Shown: positions 27,380 through 39,699 of the stretch, piece by piece
Layout: each line of letters opens with the position of its first letter
Position numbering within the stretch: the stretch's first letter is position 1
DNA from: the human T2T-CHM13v2.0 reference genome, Homo sapiens
Direction: 5' to 3' (one strand)
NCBI RefSeq assembly: GCF_009914755.1
Contig: NC_060935.1
DNA: 64,000 nt
The notes under the pieces: generated by a model
What the model was told of the DNA's origin: nothing
The model's database searches: none
The model's input: the letters and a program-made list of their open reading frames with translations, nothing else
Made by a program: the position numbers and the translations under genes

Positions 27380-27835
27380 ATTTTATTATGTCTTAAAATT
27401 TTGTGGGTCAGGATTATGGGAAGGCTTCTCCTAGCAATTCTTTTGCTCCATGTGGCGTTAAGTAAAGTCACTCAGCAGTATTTGACTAGTCCGGAAAGTA
27501 AAAGATGTCCTCATTCATGACTGGCACCTTGTTAACCATGACTAAAAGGTTAGGCTCGGCTGGGAGTACCCATTGGGGGCTCAACAGAACGGCAGCTCAG
27601 GGTAGTCTGATTTCTTGGATGGCTGTTAAGAGCTCTCAGAGATAGTGTTTCAAGAGAGCAAGTAAGAAACTTCAAGGCTCCTTCTGGCCTAGCTTTGGAA
27701 CATCACTTATACTGCATTTTATAAGTTCCAGCAAGTCACACAGCCAGCCAGTATCCAATGACAGGAGACTACGAGGTCATGAGTAGCAGGTGGCACAGCT
27801 CATTGGGAAGCCGACTTTGGACACTAGCTCCCACA
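27380..27835 (-). mobile_element. MaLR LTR (MLT1G/H-like)
   Basis: ttttgtgggtcaggattatggg...gcaagtcacacagccagcc...actagctcccACA. Confidence 0.65.
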
Positions 27836-28106
27836 ACTATAATCAACTATTGTCATGTTTAGCCTATGCTAACTTTCTCTACTATTTTTTTGAATGTGAA
27901 AATTTCCAATGTTTCCATCTTGTCTTTGTGAATAAAAAGGAGGAATATGGCTCTATTACTGTACGTTGAGGCAGATGAGCAGCTGAATGAAAATTATATC
28001 CATAGGGTGTTTTACATAAGTAGATGTCAAAGTTAAAGGAAGTCTATACAGGCATGATAGAGGGCTTTGTTCTTTAATTGCAACCTTTTCAATGGATAAT
28101 TTGATA

Positions 28107-28300
28107 AAGATTCTCAACTGCGGTGGAATCTCTTTTCTAAGGGCATTTTAGAGGTGTGTAGTATGATTTTCCATTGTCACAATGTCAATCAGATGTTGTT
28201 CATTAATATTTAATTCCATCCTGCAATATGAGGGACAGTCCCACACAACAAAGAATTTTCCTGTCTAAAATTTCATTAGCACTCTTGTTGAGAAACACTG
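28107..28300. mobile_element. MER20-like hAT MITE
   Basis: attctcaactg...catcctgcaatatgagggacagtcccacacaacaaagaatt...gttgagaaacaCTG. Confidence 0.7.
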
Positions 28301-28359
28301 AATACATAAAGATATGCCTCTCATATTTGCGGATGTCACAACCTATTATAATTATGATA

Positions 28360-28870
28360 TGAGAGAACTGACTCAATAGCTGATTATGTGGAAAAAATAG
28401 AGATTTTAGTTGGATGCAAGAGCCAACTTCATGATGTGTCTGCCAAAAATTGCTGCTATCTTAAGCTATATTAATAGAAATTTCAGTCCAGAACACAGAA
28501 AGCTATATTAATAGAAATTCCAGTTCACTATATACTGGTCAAAGAGCTCTTGAAGTTTGATGGTCATTTCTGGGCACCTGGTTTTAAAAGTGGCGTAGAT
28601 AAATCAAAGAATGGCCAAAAGGAGGACAGAAAGTCTGGAAGCCATGCCTTACGAGTGGGGAAACATGAAAGCGATCTTCGAATATTTGAAATGTTGTGTG
28701 AAAGAAGGATTGGGCACATCCTTTGAGATTCTAGAAAGCAAAATTAGGTTAAATGAAGAAAGATTTTTTAACCACTGAAACAGTTTTTCAAAAAATGTAG
28801 TGTTCTGCCTTGTGTGATAATTATCCCTGCCTTGAAGGGTCCCTGCAGAGAGTGGACAGCCATGGGCCAA
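28360..28870 (+). mobile_element. L3/CR1 LINE fragment
   Basis: CR1 RT C-terminal-type sequence: gctatcttaagctatattaatagaa...tttctgggcacctggttttaaaagtggcgtagataaa...gatcttcgaatatttgaa. Confidence 0.7.
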
Positions 28871-29309
28871 GGGGTGGTTTTAAATTAACTGAATATTGTG
28901 AAGAGAACACCTATATGAAGTGGTACCCTTCAGTTACTTTTCATTATTGTGATTATTTTATGATTAATGGACTCGTATTTATAAAATACTGTGGACACCA
29001 CCTCTCCATGCTTCTAAAATAATGCCTCAGTTCTTAATACCTTTCTCTAGCTTCATACCCCTAAAGAAATCCCTTAAGCTAGCTAAGATCTCATTTCTTC
29101 AATCACAAAATAAGAAATTATGGTGCTTGACATATTTGTTTAACAGGATAGCTATGATCATCAAATTACCCAATAGTTTTAAGCTGTAAAGTATAAAACA
29201 AAGAAATTATTTTTTTTCATCAAAGTTGTGGACTGTCAATATGCATTCCTATAACTGTCTTTTGCCTGAGAGAAATGTTTTAAAATTATTTTTAAAGCCT
29301 ATTCTAATG

Positions 29310-29400
29310 ACTTGTCATTATTTTCCAGCTTTCTGATAAGGTGTGAAGGTCTCTAATAGCTGTCAACAGTGTGTCACAGGGAGTGATTTAATTAGCACTT
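29310..29400. promoter_or_regulatory. Candidate developmental enhancer (GATA/T-box/MEIS/PBX-HOX cluster)
   Basis: TGATAA overlapping AGGTGTGAA, three TGTCA, TGATTTAAT and TAATTA within 90 bp of non-repeat DNA; motif evidence only. Confidence 0.4.
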
Positions 29401-30399
29401 ACTGTTCTCTTATTGGTTGGCCTTTATTTGGTCCAATACAAAGTCCAACTTTTAAACCAAGGGAGAAGACAAGAAAGGGTGACGCAGAGATAAGCTTTTG
29501 CTTAAAAAATGTTTATTTGGGGGAAAATGTTATCATCATGATCTTCCAAAACACATTATATTACTAAATGTGTATTGGCATCTACTCTCTTACTTTAAGA
29601 TGGTTCCAGTTTTTGAAGTAGCCCAAATCCCCCAGATTGTTACCAGAAATTATCAAAAGGAGAAGAAACACATTCACTTCAGCTGATTTTTGTTGTTGTT
29701 TATTGGAGATCCAAGGTAGTCAAATTAGCCTCAAGAAGCCCTTCTGAAGTCTAAGAAGGAAAACCAAATTACTGTTCATTTAATGTTTAATTAAATTTAT
29801 TATAGCTAGTAGGCTGGTTTTAGGCTGTTTATGGTACACTAATGTTAGAATTTTATGCATTCTATGTACACTTGATAGCACATTGGGGTCTCTCGGTATA
29901 ATCAACATGTACAATATACTCATGCCCATTTTATGTGAGTTGGAACACACCTTTACTATTTTAAATGATTATAGAAGTTTATAGTTATATTTCTCCCCTT
30001 AAATTGTTAGTGATGTCTATAATTTATTTGATGCCACATTCTTGATATGGAACTCAATTCCGAATTAGCAATCTTCCTACAGGGAAAATTCTACTTGGTT
30101 CATAAAATGCATTTTAGTATGAGATTTCTAGGAATGCGGTTACAAAATGAGGCAACCGTCTGCATTTTCACTAGAGGTAAATGGCGGTTTTTTTTTTTTT
30201 AACTAAAGATAAAGATGATAGTTCTTCACATGGAACTGCAAATAAGTGAAAGTGAATACTGATTTCTCCTGACGTTGCGAGCGTTGGTCTTCAGTGCCCT
30301 TCCATTTAGAGTCATTCCTTCCCTTACCTTCTGCAAGTGTTTCTACATCAAAAAACAGAGCGGAAAGAAATTTTCGAAAACATCTTGTCCTAGTCTGAC

Positions 30400-30512
30400 C
30401 CTGCACGTATAAAAATGCTGAGGTCGGGGTGTCACAAGTGACTTGCCTCGACCTGTGGGGCTGGGAAAGGCGGGAGCCAGGCTTGAATTCAGATCTGAAT
30501 TCAAACCCGGGA
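30400..30512 (-). mobile_element. MIR fragment containing a 22-bp palindrome
   Basis: gctgaggtc...aagtgacttgcctcg...gagccaggcttgaattcagatctg. Confidence 0.5.
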
Positions 30513-31814
30513 TGATTTTTCCTATTCACATTTCTCCTTACTATTGTGGTGAAACTTGAGGAAGCAAGCAGGAGACAGCATATGTTATTTGATACTAAGT
30601 CCCTGCTATAGAAATGCCCCTCCCTACTCCCGTCCTCCTCTCCAGGTGTTCTGATGATAATCAATAGTGTTCCAGTTATATTGGGCAATGTCTGGGAAGT
30701 TCTAAAGCTCTGCCTAGAAAGGGAAAATGCCATTTGAGTTGCCAGAACAAAATAAATTTGATGGACTCCCTTACCTCTAAGGTACGCTCCTTGTGATAAT
30801 TACCCCTTTATTCTCTCTGACCCTTCTGGGCCCAAGGCCTCCCATGCCCAGATTAAATGGTTACTATATACTTATTTATGTTCCATCAGCCAATATCCTT
30901 CAGCAAGAGTAGCTGCAACCTTGATTTGTTTTCTCCTTTTACAGCGATGTTGCTGGAAGAGGTGGATGGGACATTTAATTTGGCATTAAATTCTATGCTG
31001 GTGCATTATCCCCTATGGCAAACAAAAGTGGTGTGGAAGGTTTGCATTTATGATTTTGCTCAGTTCAACTCATTTTTATGCCCAGGGAAGGTTTTTGCTC
31101 AAGCTTTTCGTGCTTCTATTGCAGTTTTATTTCTGATTTCATAGAGATGATTTCGTAGAGGGAAACAGTCTGCTTTCCCTTTGTATTCAGACTACCATTT
31201 TCCATTTGGAAGTGTTGGCAACAACCTTGTTTCTGCGTGTATGTGCAAAAGAAATAGAATGTTTGAATTTTGAGTTCTCTTCTCAAGGGATGTGGTCTGT
31301 GTCAGAGGCAGGCACGACAGGGATACCTTGTATCTGTGAGCTTTTGCCATCCAATGTGCCTGGGAGGGAAAGAGATTCCTCTCAGCTCTTCTTTTCCTGT
31401 TTCATTCCCTCCTCTGATTTCATAGTGGATGTTGCAGTGGGGGGTCTACCATCAGCAGGATTCACAACCAACTTGTTCTGTGCTTTAGAGTGATCATCTA
31501 TGGGATGAGGTTGCCTCAAGGCTTTGCTGGATAGCTGCCAGCCCCGAGACCTGCCAACAGTCCCCTTCTTCTCAAGACCTCACAACACTCCAAATTGCTG
31601 CTTTCTCTGCAGAGAAATGCTCTTTGCTCTCTATTTCCTCTTACCGTGGCCCTTTGTCCTCAGCACTCGGCCCGAATTCCTTTCTTCACAAACAATAAAA
31701 AGGTATGCCCTCAATTTCTTCCTCCCACCCAAGCATTGACCACATTAGCCCTGTAATCTTTTTTTCTTGGCCCTTGTCTACACTTATTTCCCAGCGTGTC
31801 CTTGGTTAGGAGCG

Positions 31815-31840
31815 GTGTGTGTGTGTGTGTGTGTGTGTGT
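31815..31840. repeat. (TG)n microsatellite
   Basis: Direct observation. Confidence 0.95.
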
Positions 31841-32362
31841 ATAAAGTGAACTGCAGAGGAAGAAAACAAAGAAGGTGCAACAGCGAAAGACTGCAGGGGC
31901 AAGCAAGGCTTCTGGAGGGAACTTGGGCCTCACTGCCACTCTCTTGCCTCTTCCAGGGTTTCTTGATCACTGATGTTTCCAAGTTGATATTGGCAGTTTT
32001 GAAGAAGCCTTTGTTCTTCATGTATGTGAGAGAAAGGGACTAAAAAGGATAGAAAAACCACAATTGAAGCTGCTAATCCTGAACAGAGCCCGAGGCTGTG
32101 GAAGACAAAAAGCACCGTGCAAAATAAATTGCAGAAGAGAAACAAGAAAATTCACAACGGTTTCCTATGCCTGGCCTATTTCTACAATTCTTCTGTTAAT
32201 GAATATTCGTTTTCTACCTGTAGTTCAGCACACTGTTAGAGGAAGAATCAGTCCTCTAACCACACACAGGCTTTCCCATGCCGGAACATTCCAGTCTTGT
32301 ATCACTGGGACAGAACCCCCAAGAGCCACAGGGCGAGACACCACAAGTGCTTCCAGCGTCGA

Positions 32363-32376
32363 TCGCTAGATGGAGC
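32363..32376 (+). promoter_or_regulatory. Candidate CTCF site
   Basis: TCGCTAGATGGAGC versus core CCRSYAGRKGGCRS, with three retained CpGs at or just upstream of the motif. Confidence 0.35.
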
Positions 32377-33049
32377 CCGTGTTATGCACAAATCCAGCCC
32401 CAAGGGTCCTGGGGTAGCTGGTGAAGCCATTAGCTGGAGGGCAGCAATTTTAAAGGGTGGTACTTGATTAAGAGAATCCATTTCTCCTACAGTTAGCCCA
32501 GAAGCCCAATTGCTCTTGCAGGTGCTTAAAAATTTTCAGTATGTGGATTCACGTTATTCTCTCTCTCTCTCTCTCTCCACCTTGATCAACTATCGCAGGT
32601 CTGGATGAGCTCCACTGGCAGCGCTGGTCCCTCCAGGCATCTCGGCAGTAGCTGGAAGCCCCACATTTGGGGTGAGACTCTCTGGCTTCATGAGCTTGCT
32701 GCTTCAGTATAATTAGCTGTCTAACTGCTCACCCACACGGAGCCCATATGTGTGTTACTAATTATGATTTATTTAAAAACTCTCTGTTTGCCATTCTTTG
32801 TTCTCTATTTCCTCTTTATTGAAGGGCCGAGGGAGGGATTTGATTTGGAAGCTGTTCTGAATGGTAGGTTTTACCTTCCTTTGCATTTTCTGGACTTTTC
32901 CTTCTAGTTTCAAAATCTAGGCAGCTTCTGTACCTAACTCTCAGCATGCTGACCTGCTGCTTGCTACCTCTCCCTCCAGCAACAAAATGTACCAGGACAG
33001 GTGTGGTCACAGCATTTAGAAGGAAGTAGCTATTACATAAACGGCCGCA

Positions 33050-33960
33050 TCAACATATCTGCTGCTCCCAAGTCTGTATTTCCAACACAGACATTATACC
33101 CAAGCTTCAAACCCATATATACCATTGCTTACTGGACATCTTCACCTAATTGTACACAGGCAGTTCCAACTCAGTGTGTGCAAAACTGGACCCCAAGTCT
33201 TAGCCCCAAACTTGTTCTCCTGCTGTACCTCATCTTGTCCAGAGTAGAAACCGCAGATCCTCAAGTCCTCCCTCTCTCTCTCCCTCCATCTTTACCTTCA
33301 TGTTTGATGGATTTCACTCCCTCCCAGCTCTCTTCCTGTCATGCTTTCTGTTTCCAGCGCTGCTGTTTAAACCAAACCCTCCCATTCCTGCCTATAGCGT
33401 GGCAAGGGGCTCCACTTATCTTCCTCTGTCCAGTCCTGAAACTCATATTCCATCCACACCATGGCCAAGCTCATCTACCCAGTACACCATAGGCTCAAGT
33501 TCTTCACCTGTTTAAAGCCGTCAAAGACCCCTCACAAGCCTTAGCAGACCTTTCCTGAGAGCATGCTGTCCCTGGCAGGACCCTCATCTCTGGAGGCTGC
33601 GCCCACCCCACCTGGTCGCTGCAGCTCCCTCAGGTCACGTTGCCATGTGGCTGCAGCCCCGGAAGGGACTTTCTCTCCCTCCTTGCCTGAATGGGCCCTG
33701 TTTACTTCACCCCTCAGCTTGAGCCGAGCCCTATCCCCACAGGTCCATGTTATCTCCTCCTTTGTGTCGCTGCAGTCCCAGAGCATGTTTCTGCCAGGAC
33801 TGTTGTCACAAGTCCTTGCAATTGCCTCTGCTTGCTTGCCTTCCCCTAGAGACCACAAACTCCACGAGGCCCGCACTGTGCCATGTGACCCACAGGTATC
33901 TGCACAGAGTACCTAGAACAGCACCTGCTAGTAGCTCCAGAAACACTTAGTGAATGAACA
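33050..33960 (+). mobile_element. L2 LINE
   Basis: ccattgcttactggacatcttcacctaa...cctagagaccacaaactccacgaggcc...acttagtgaatgaa. Confidence 0.7.
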
Positions 33961-34044
33961 GAAGCCACTACTAGCATTAGCACTGCAGCGGGGTGGTGCT
34001 CATCAATGGCCAGCTGGACTGACTGGTGTTTGCATGTTTAATTA

Positions 34045-34112
34045 TGTGTGTGTGTGTGAGAGAGAGAGAGAAAGAGAGAGAGGGGGAGGGAGGGAGAGAG
34101 AAACAGAGAGAA
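34045..34112. repeat. (TG)n(GA)n compound microsatellite
   Basis: Direct observation. Confidence 0.9.
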
Positions 34113-34502
34113 GAGAACTATTTCTGGGGCTCACAGCAGGTCCTCACTTCTCTCCCTTTTAGTTAATTATTATCTAAATGAAGACCTGCAGGGCACATGG
34201 CATTTTGCTTGAAGCCTGAGGGAGGTTACCTACAAAGTGAAATATTCATAAAGTATACAGATGTCATACACTACAAATTCATGCCTGAAGGTGAGAAGAA
34301 TATTTGAGAAAGAGACACCAGAGAACGCAAAGGACTGCTAATGAGAGACTTGTGATCAGGAGCCCTGGATTCCAGACAGACCTTAACTAGTCACCCTCCT
34401 GGGACAAGGAGGGGCAGAGGAAACAGAGATGCCCCGGAAGGTCCCTTTGAGCTCGGAAGCTGTTGACGTTGAGACTGGAATGTGGGTGCAGTACTTTGCG
34501 AG

Positions 34503-37229
34503 TGTGGCAGATATGGGGAAGTGCTCAAGGCCATGGAACTGGCTGCCCAGCTGAGGGGTGTCCCCTCAGCAGTCAGCCCCTTCAGGGTTTGTCTCAACTG
34601 CAGCTCACATCTGGTGACCGAGCTGGGTGGAGGTTCAGAGGTCCAGCCTCCTCAGCTTGACAGGCGACAACGCTGATGGGCAGTGGTTACTCCAGAGCCC
34701 CAGCTGGCTGGCTGAGGCTTATTCAGGTCAACTTCACAGTTGAGCTTCTCCCTCTTCACAATGATTTCTCTGCCCTTGTTTCTGGCAGCATTGGTCCCTG
34801 ATTGTATATTATGTTATGCCCCACTCCATCTCAGCGTCTGGTGTAGACAACTGAACCTCTGAAGGTGCTAACCTACGATAGTACTAAGATATGGCCTGAA
34901 ATGCGGCTTTGTAGCTGGATCACTTTCTGATTGGCCAGAGGACTCCTTCATCAGATGTAGGTGAGCAATAGTAAGCTTCTAGCACAAAGTGGGGGTCCAG
35001 TACTTAAAACTCACTGGTGGTGTACTGGCACGAGGAAAGGCACTAATGGGCATGATATATCAGGCATTTGAAAAATATGGAGAAAATAGTATAAGGAAAA
35101 CGAGGGTTATTGACGCACTACAGAGTGAAACTAACCAGTGGTGAGTAACAAGCAATTGAAAGCCTGGTGTGAAAGCCAGAGGGTGTCTTTGGTTGCGGAC
35201 AAAGAAACTCGAACACTCAGGTGGGCTGAGAAAGCTGTGCGCTAAGCCTAGGACATATCAAGCAAAGTCACTGAGCTTCAGTTGCCTGGTTAACCACCCA
35301 ACAAAGGCAGGTCTGTTATGCAATAGACAAGGTCTTGATAGTAACACTTGGGATCCAGGCTGACTGGTCAGGGGCCTGAAGTGACAGAGATTGAAAGACT
35401 GGGGACTAGGAGGTCTAAGGTAGCGGCATGTGGATGGGCATGTTCAAGGCGCCATGTTGAAGATCTTCATGTCATTCCTTAATGACCACCAGATATCATC
35501 CTCCAGGGAAAGGACACTCAAAAACCGTCAAAACAAAAGAAGCCAGGGAGTTGACATTAGCCATTAGTGTCTGAATGACATGGCCATGGTGGCAGAGGTG
35601 GAGGTCCTGCCTGGGTCCAACAACATGGGCTCTCACTCACCGGGACCGACTTCTGCTACTGCTATGTTCAACCTGCCAGCAACAGAGACTAATGCGGAGA
35701 CTCCAAAATGGCATGATACCTCAAGGAGACCAACTGGACACTTGAAGGCAAGTTGGCTACATTAGGCCCTTTCCTTCCTGACAGAGCCCAGGTTTTATTT
35801 CCAGAGAAGTAGACACACATTTTAGACATGGGTTTGCCTTTCTGACTCTCAGGTCTCAGCCAGCAGTGCTATTACAGAGCATATGGAGGGTTTAATTTGC
35901 TAATTCTGAATCCCACATATCATTGTGCCAGAGCAGGGAGCCCAGTTTAAAGTAATGGAGGTATGGGAGTGGTGCCATGACCATGGGATCCATCAGACGC
36001 AGCTCACGCCACACTACCCAGGTTCTGCTGAACTCATAGGGCACTGGGGCTTGCTAACAGCATCAATAGATCACGAGTTTGGGGGCAATATCATGCAAGG
36101 ATGGGGTGCTGTCCTCAAAGACGCAGTACACTCACTGAACTGAAAACCTTTACATGGAACTTTATCCTCAATAGAAGACAAACACATGAGTCCAGGAACC
36201 AAGGGTATGAAGCAGGGATGATCCCACTAGGACATCCCTAATGGCCCTCTGGGGAATACAGCACAACTCTGGGCCCTGCAGAGTTAGAGCTCCTGGTCCC
36301 TCTAAAGGTTACACTCACCAGGGAACACAGCCAGATTTCCACGGAAGTATAAGCCATGGCTGTTGGCATTTTGGGAATGTTGTGTTTTTGGATCAACGGA
36401 CAAGAAGAGGAGTCACAGCTTGGCATCATCAGGAGTGGGTAGAGCTGTCTAACCCAATGGGGTCAGGGAACAATGCCAGTGGGCGTTTCTTGGTACTGCC
36501 TTGTCTAACTGTGACTGTAAATGGACAGGCCCAGCACCCCAGCCCCAGGAATGACATGGTGAGCAGAGGCCCAGGCCCCTCCTCTTGGATTAGAGTCAGT
36601 TTGCTAGATAAGCCATTGTGGCCAGCAGAGAGGTGCTAGCTGAGGGTAAGGGTGACCTAGACATGGTTGTGAAGGGTGGAGACGAACAGCATCAATTACA
36701 GCTCCAGGACTAACAGGCTGTGGCTTGTCCCAGCAGCTTCCCTGTCCTAAGTTTCCCCTCTGGAACGATGACCCACCAAAATTCTGGAGGGGTTACTCCC
36801 CGAACGTACATGGAGAAATGGATCCAAGTGGCAAAGGGGTAGACTGTGGAAGACTTGGGGGTGTGTCACTCGGATCCCCTCAGGGATCCTGCCCAGATGT
36901 GGTGCACGCATCTTCCCATTCTCAGGTCCTCAGCATCTACCTCTGTGGAAGGAATGGCCTCATCTGAGGTGACGTCGTCCTTTTGGAGACAGCCTATGTT
37001 TGGTGGCTGGGCAAAGTGAGCATATAAGTGCCTTATATTGGCCATTGTGCCCAACATGAGGAAACTTTGTCAGACACTACTCGCTGAGAATTCCCTGCCA
37101 CATGGCACTCCTCTTCCCCCTGCCCAGGCCTGCCTGCTCCCCTTTCTCTCCTAATTGTTGATTCCTAATGGACACCTTGCATACCGTGCTCTCCTCACAG
37201 TCTGCATCCACACAACTCAACCTACAGCA
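34503..37229 (+). mobile_element. Ancient ERV-L provirus remnant (LTR16-type LTRs + ERV3-16A3-like internal region)
   Basis: LTR16-like LTRs at about 34503-34880 and 36845-37229, with a purine-rich PPT-like tract (aagtggcaaaggggtagac) before the 3' LTR. Integrase remnants include GHGGR..AWVQQHGL and ORF 35925-36143 (PEQGAQF..EVWEWCHDHGIH..PHYPGSAELIGHW). Confidence 0.8.
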
Positions 37230-37271
37230 CTGTCCACTAGCAAGAACCTTTCTGCCTCTGGCTAAGACAGA

Positions 37272-37854
37272 TTATTATTATTTTTAAAGTTCAATAGCTT
37301 TAAGATTACAAATTATTTTTGGTAACCTGGATGAATTGTATAGTGGTGAATTCTGGGATTTTAGTGTACCCATCACCTGAGTAGTGTATATTGTACCTAA
37401 CAGGTAGTTTTTCATCCCTCACCCCTCTTCACCCCCTCCCCTTGTGAGTATCCAATGTCTATCATACCACTCTGTATGCCTTTGCATACTCATAGCTTAG
37501 CTCCCACTTATAAGTAAGAACATGTGGTATTTAGCTTCCCATTCCTAAGTTACTTCACTTAGAATAATGGCCGCCAGTTCCATCCAAGTTGCTGCAAAAG
37601 AGTTATTTCTTTTTTTATGGCTGAGTAGTATTCCATGATGCACACACGTGTGTGCACACACGTGTGTACACACACACACACACACACCATGTTCTTTATT
37701 CTCTCATCAGTTGATGGGCACTTAGGTTGATTCCATATCATTGCAATTGTGAATTGTCCTACAATAAGCAATGACTTCTTTTCTTTTAAGTAGGTACCTA
37801 GTAGTGAAATTTCTAGATAGAATGATAGATCTATTGTTAGTTCTTTGAGAAATC
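37272..37854 (-). mobile_element. 5'-truncated L1PB (3' UTR + ORF2 C-terminus)
   Basis: ORF 37559-37771 (QFTIAMIWNQPKCPSTDE...MEYYSAIKKE) is the L1 ORF2 C-terminus; L1PB-type 3' UTR. Confidence 0.9.
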
Positions 37855-38309
37855 AAGATTCTTCTTGGTTCTTATGTTGAGAGCCTATTGGTCAGTGCTG
37901 AGGTTGTGGAGTTGAAGGCAGCCTAAATTCTCCTTGGTAGACCTCTTCTCTAGCTCCTGCTTAGTTCTGAAGCACAATGCATAGAGGGCCAGTGTGGAAG
38001 GCATTCTATCTTTAGTTTCAGAGTGAAAATCTCCTATTAATCTTGACCGCACATCTGACTCTTGGCTACGAATCCATTTCTTCTCATACATTCACTATGG
38101 TCCTTTCAGGGAATTGAAATTCAATTTAGTGAAGGAAGCTTTGATCTAGTGTTCCCGTGATTGGAGAGAAATAGGAGAAAAATCTCTGTTCAAGACCAGG
38201 TATATAACAGCTTTGCAACTTGGTTGGCAGAAAAGGGTGAATCAGGATAAATGTACATGTTTGAAAATAACAGCTCTCAGAGAACAACAGCAATAGTAAT
38301 AGCCGACCC

Positions 38310-38810
38310 AGCGAATGTGATGTCCAGATCCATTTGGCCACTCTGTCGCCCCCTCCCTGCAGCCTTAGCCACTTTCCCCAGGAAGCTCCCTGGGGCTGGG
38401 TCTTACTGAGCAGACATGTAAGGGCCCTGGCTTCTCAGAGAAGCATGGTCACAGTACTCAGAAGGACCAAGAAGTAGGGCTCTGTGAGGTGAACTATGAC
38501 CATTAGAAATGGGAGATGCAAAGGAGGCAGGAGATATACTGCCGTCTTTTCCTTCCTAAGGGATTGTTCTTAGATGCAGTAGTTCTGTGTGGCCTCTCTG
38601 GAGAGGACTTGTGGAATGAACAACCAGCAGAGTTTTCTTGTGAAGCTGTGGCCATCCCATTATCACGTGATTTTGGACCTTTCTCTCCCTCCTTGTTTCC
38701 CTTCCTTTCCACCTCATTCTTGTTTCCTGGGATTTCACCTACCTCCTTCCCCTTATTAAGGGTTATCACATGAGCTCTGCCTCAGTTTTCCAGGGAACCT
38801 AGGCTAAGGA
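38310..38810 (+). mobile_element. Old ERV-L LTR (LTR33/LTR16-related)
   Basis: 3' end ...ctctgcctcagttttccagggaacctaggctaag resembles ERV-L LTR termini. Confidence 0.5.
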
Positions 38811-38819
38811 AGTAAGAAT

Positions 38820-39050
38820 ACTGAGTTTTGCTAAGTGCCAGGCATCCTTCTTAGTGTGATATGGGTATTAAATCATTTATTCTCCATAGTAACACCACGA
38901 AGTAGGTAGTATTATTATCTCCACCTTACAGATGAAGAAAGTGAAACCCAGACAATGTAGATGACTTGCCCGAGGTCACTATGCTAGGAAGTCTTAGACC
39001 CAAAAGCCAGATCAGATATTCTGGCTCCTGAATCTGTGCTCCTGCCTCCT
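38820..39050 (-). mobile_element. MIR SINE
   Basis: attattatctccaccttacagatgaagaaagtga...gacttgcccgaggtcac. Confidence 0.8.
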
Positions 39051-39699
39051 GAAGAATGGCCATTGTCAGAGCATTCGCTAAAATTTCCACGTTTCCAGCA
39101 CCATGTGGACTGGCAGCTGAGAGAACTTTGCTAATGAATAAAGGAGAAGGGTTACTCCTTTGTGAAATGAGACTCTTAACACCCTCTGCCATAAAAGACC
39201 ACCATTTGTTGAGTATCCATTGTTGCAGAATGGATTCTGAAAATGAATCTATTCATAGATTTTTTTTTTGTTTTTATAGTTTGATTGTTGACTGTCAGTT
39301 CTGACTGTTGACGAAGGCTCCCAGAGAGCATGGGCCTTTCTCTTTCCTATCTTAAACACACAACATTACACCAGATGTTGATAAGCTCTATGATCTACTA
39401 ATGTTCTAGCTCAAAACATCAAGAAGAAGCTTGTGGCTGGGTGTGTGGCCTTGAGTGAAATCTGGGGAGAAAGGTGAACCAGGAGAGAAAATATTCTACC
39501 AGCTAGCCTGCTAGAAATGCAAGCCTTCCTCACATGGGTCTATGAACACCTAATATCCTATTCCCATAAGGATCCACAGGCACACTGGAAGTCCATGAAG
39601 AGCCTAAAATCTATAAAAATGTGAGTAGGTCAGTATCTGCACTTCCTTTTCAGTCAGGGGAAGACATATAGATTACATCAGATTCTTGAAACTGTTACT

